Made by a program: the position numbers and the translations under genes. Of a DNA stretch of 64,000 nt, positions 62,457 through 64,000 are shown piece after piece. The stretch lies in assembly GCA_001643675.2 (NCBI GenBank), contig LSRY02000009.1, positions 868,001 through 932,000 on the forward strand. Direction: 5' to 3'. Source of the stretch: Monocercomonoides exilis PA203 (lineage: Eukaryota; Protista; Preaxostyla). Under the pieces are notes generated by a model. It was given only the letters and a program-made list of their open reading frames with translations, made no database searches and had not been told where the DNA came from. How positions within the stretch are numbered: the first letter of the stretch is position 1; each line of letters begins with the position of its first letter.

Positions 62457-64000
62457 TTCCTCTTCCTCTTCTCCTTCTCCCCTCTTCCTCCTCTCCTCTT
62501 TCCATTCATTGATTTCCAAATGTCTTCGTCTTTCGCCTTCTTCCCGTCCTTCTCTCGAACAGTTCAGAAACACTCTGGATTCTCTTGTGCCACACGATTG
62601 GGCGAAGGAGCTGAAAGAAAGAGAGGAAGAGGAGGAAGAAGAAGGAGAAGGAGAAGAAGAAAGAAGAGAAGGAGAAAGAGGAGGAGAAGGAGAAAGAAGA
62701 GGAGAGGGAGGAGAAAGAGAAGGAGAAGAAGAAAGAGAAGGAGAAAGGAGGGAAGGAGAAGAAAATGACAGAAATCAAACAGAAATCAGAATAAATTCAC
62801 AAAATACCCAAAATTCACCGTTTTCTTCTCAACAACTAGCAAATTCAAGAAATCAGACAAAAAATGTGAACAAAATGAACAAATCGAAGCAAATTCCAAA
62901 GGGAAGAGGGTTTATAAGCACAAATACAATGAATGCTGATAATTCTTCTTCTCTTTCTTCTTCTTCTTCTTCTTCATTAAATTCTTCTTCTTCTCTTTCT
63001 CCTTTACTGTCACCATCACCATCATCATCATCATCTTCTTCTTCTTCCTCTTCTTCCTCTTTTTCATCATCATCTTCTTTTGTTTCACCACAAGATTCTT
63101 TATTTACTCCATCACACAACAATTTGTTGTTCTTCTCTTCTTCTTCTTCTTCATCATCATCATCTTCTTCTTCTTCCTCCTCCTCCTCTTCTTCTTCTCC
63201 TTCTTCCTCTTCTTCTTCCTCTTCTCTTCTTCATCCATCTTCTTCTTCTTTTCATTCACAAAACAAAGAAATCAATGAAAATGATATGACAAACATTGAA
63301 TTTGACAGAAATAGCAAAGAAGAGAGAGAAAGAGAAAGAGAAAGAGAAAGAGAAAGAGAAAGAGAAGAAGAGGAAAGAGAAGAAGAGGAAAATGAAGAAG
63401 AAGAAGCAACAGAAGAAGAAGAAGAAGAAGAAGAAGAAGATTTCAAAGAATTACTAACATTTTCTGAACGGCAAAGAAATAAAGAAAGAGAAAGAGAAAG
63501 AGAAAGAGAAAGAGAAAGAGAAAGAGAAAGAGAAAGAGAAAGAGAAAGAGAAAGAGAGAAAGAGAAGAAGAAGATGGAAAAAGAAAAAAGGAGGTTGATT
63601 CAATTTGGAGGAAGCAACAGAAGAAGAAGAAGAAAAGAAAGCGATGCTTATTGGCCAGGCGGTTATAATTCTTCTTCTTCTTCTCTTTCTTCTTCCTCCT
63701 CTTCTTCTTCTCTTTCTTCTTCTTCTTCTTCTTTCAAACAAACTCACAGTTTTCCTAACACATTTTCGAATGAACAAAATTCCAATGAAAATGTTCATTT
63801 TGATTTTTCTTCTTCTCTTCCGCCTTCGTTTTTCTCTTCCACTCCAATTAATTTGGATTCTATGAATGAAAAATCAATTTCTTCTTCTTCTTCTTCTTCT
63901 TCTCTTTCTTCTTCCTCTTCTAATTCAAATTCTTCATCTTTTTCCAAACCAACCCAAAAATTGGGGCAAAAATCAAAATTGAGTCAAAATGTGACAGCTG
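51371..64000 (+). CDS. Giant (>4170 aa, 3'-incomplete) receptor-like protein: beta-helix/PMP-like ectodomain, single TM, TKL-like pseudokinase
   Basis: Frame +1 appears open from 51487 to the window end: no stop in the stretches read, and the ORF track lists nothing in this frame. Probable first exon 51371-51406 and intron 51407-51486. GGA(I/V/L)/FxxC/FxxN repeats and recurrent CG....PC.T motifs; TM ~60289-60354; kinase-like EIAFGCEQL, RYRAPEL, KSTVFSLGLILYEFSSGKIPF and LISKCLRLSPSSRPS. Confidence 0.88.
61197..61412. repeat. 108-bp tandem duplication in a poly-Ser insert
   Basis: TTTATCTTCTTCTTTGTCTTCAAATTCTGACTCAAA at 61197 and 61305. Confidence 0.8.

Noticed and set aside
52118-63865. Many minus-strand and alternative-frame ORFs rich in K/R/L/S/E
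   Set aside because: Shadows of the long + frame and its (TCT)n/(GAA)n tracts.
51487-64000. Genome-wide stop codon reassignment
   Set aside because: A >4100-codon frame with no TAA/TAG/TGA found, and intact-looking genes ending in TAA or TGA, indicate the standard code.

Overview
Eukaryotic, AT-rich genomic DNA with short GT-AG introns (often GTTTG...CAG), read in the standard code. The gene families resemble those of the oxymonad Monocercomonoides: TKL-like pseudokinases, the 'KMEEEGYED' repeat family and giant beta-helix surface proteins. This is an inference from recalled motifs, not a database search. The dominant structure is a ~3.25-kb-arm inverted duplication (left arm 26330-28412 + 48343-49518; right arm 49785-~53040; 266-bp spacer) carrying a tRNA-Asp(GTC) and the 5' end of a giant receptor-like gene. 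The left arm is split by a 19.9-kb insertion of two head-to-tail TIR elements, A (28413-39396) and B (39401-48338), separated and flanked by single ATAT tetranucleotides. The right arm preserves the empty site, so the 4-bp ATAT target duplication is directly visible, 43 bp upstream of the tRNA. Element A encodes a decayed Sola-like DDD transposase plus ~7.7 kb of gene-like cargo. Element B has no recognisable transposase, shares a 17-bp TIR core with A, and carries fragments of several unrelated host genes (DEAD-box helicase, TKL kinase, unknown). Also present: an apparently intact DD35D pogo-type transposon (23076-25095), related foldback MITEs and solo ends, several multi-exon genes and pseudogenes, and a >12.5-kb stop-free ORF (51487 to window end; missing from the ORF track) encoding a beta-helix/TM/pseudokinase receptor-like protein. 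Exon boundaries and family assignments were made by eye.
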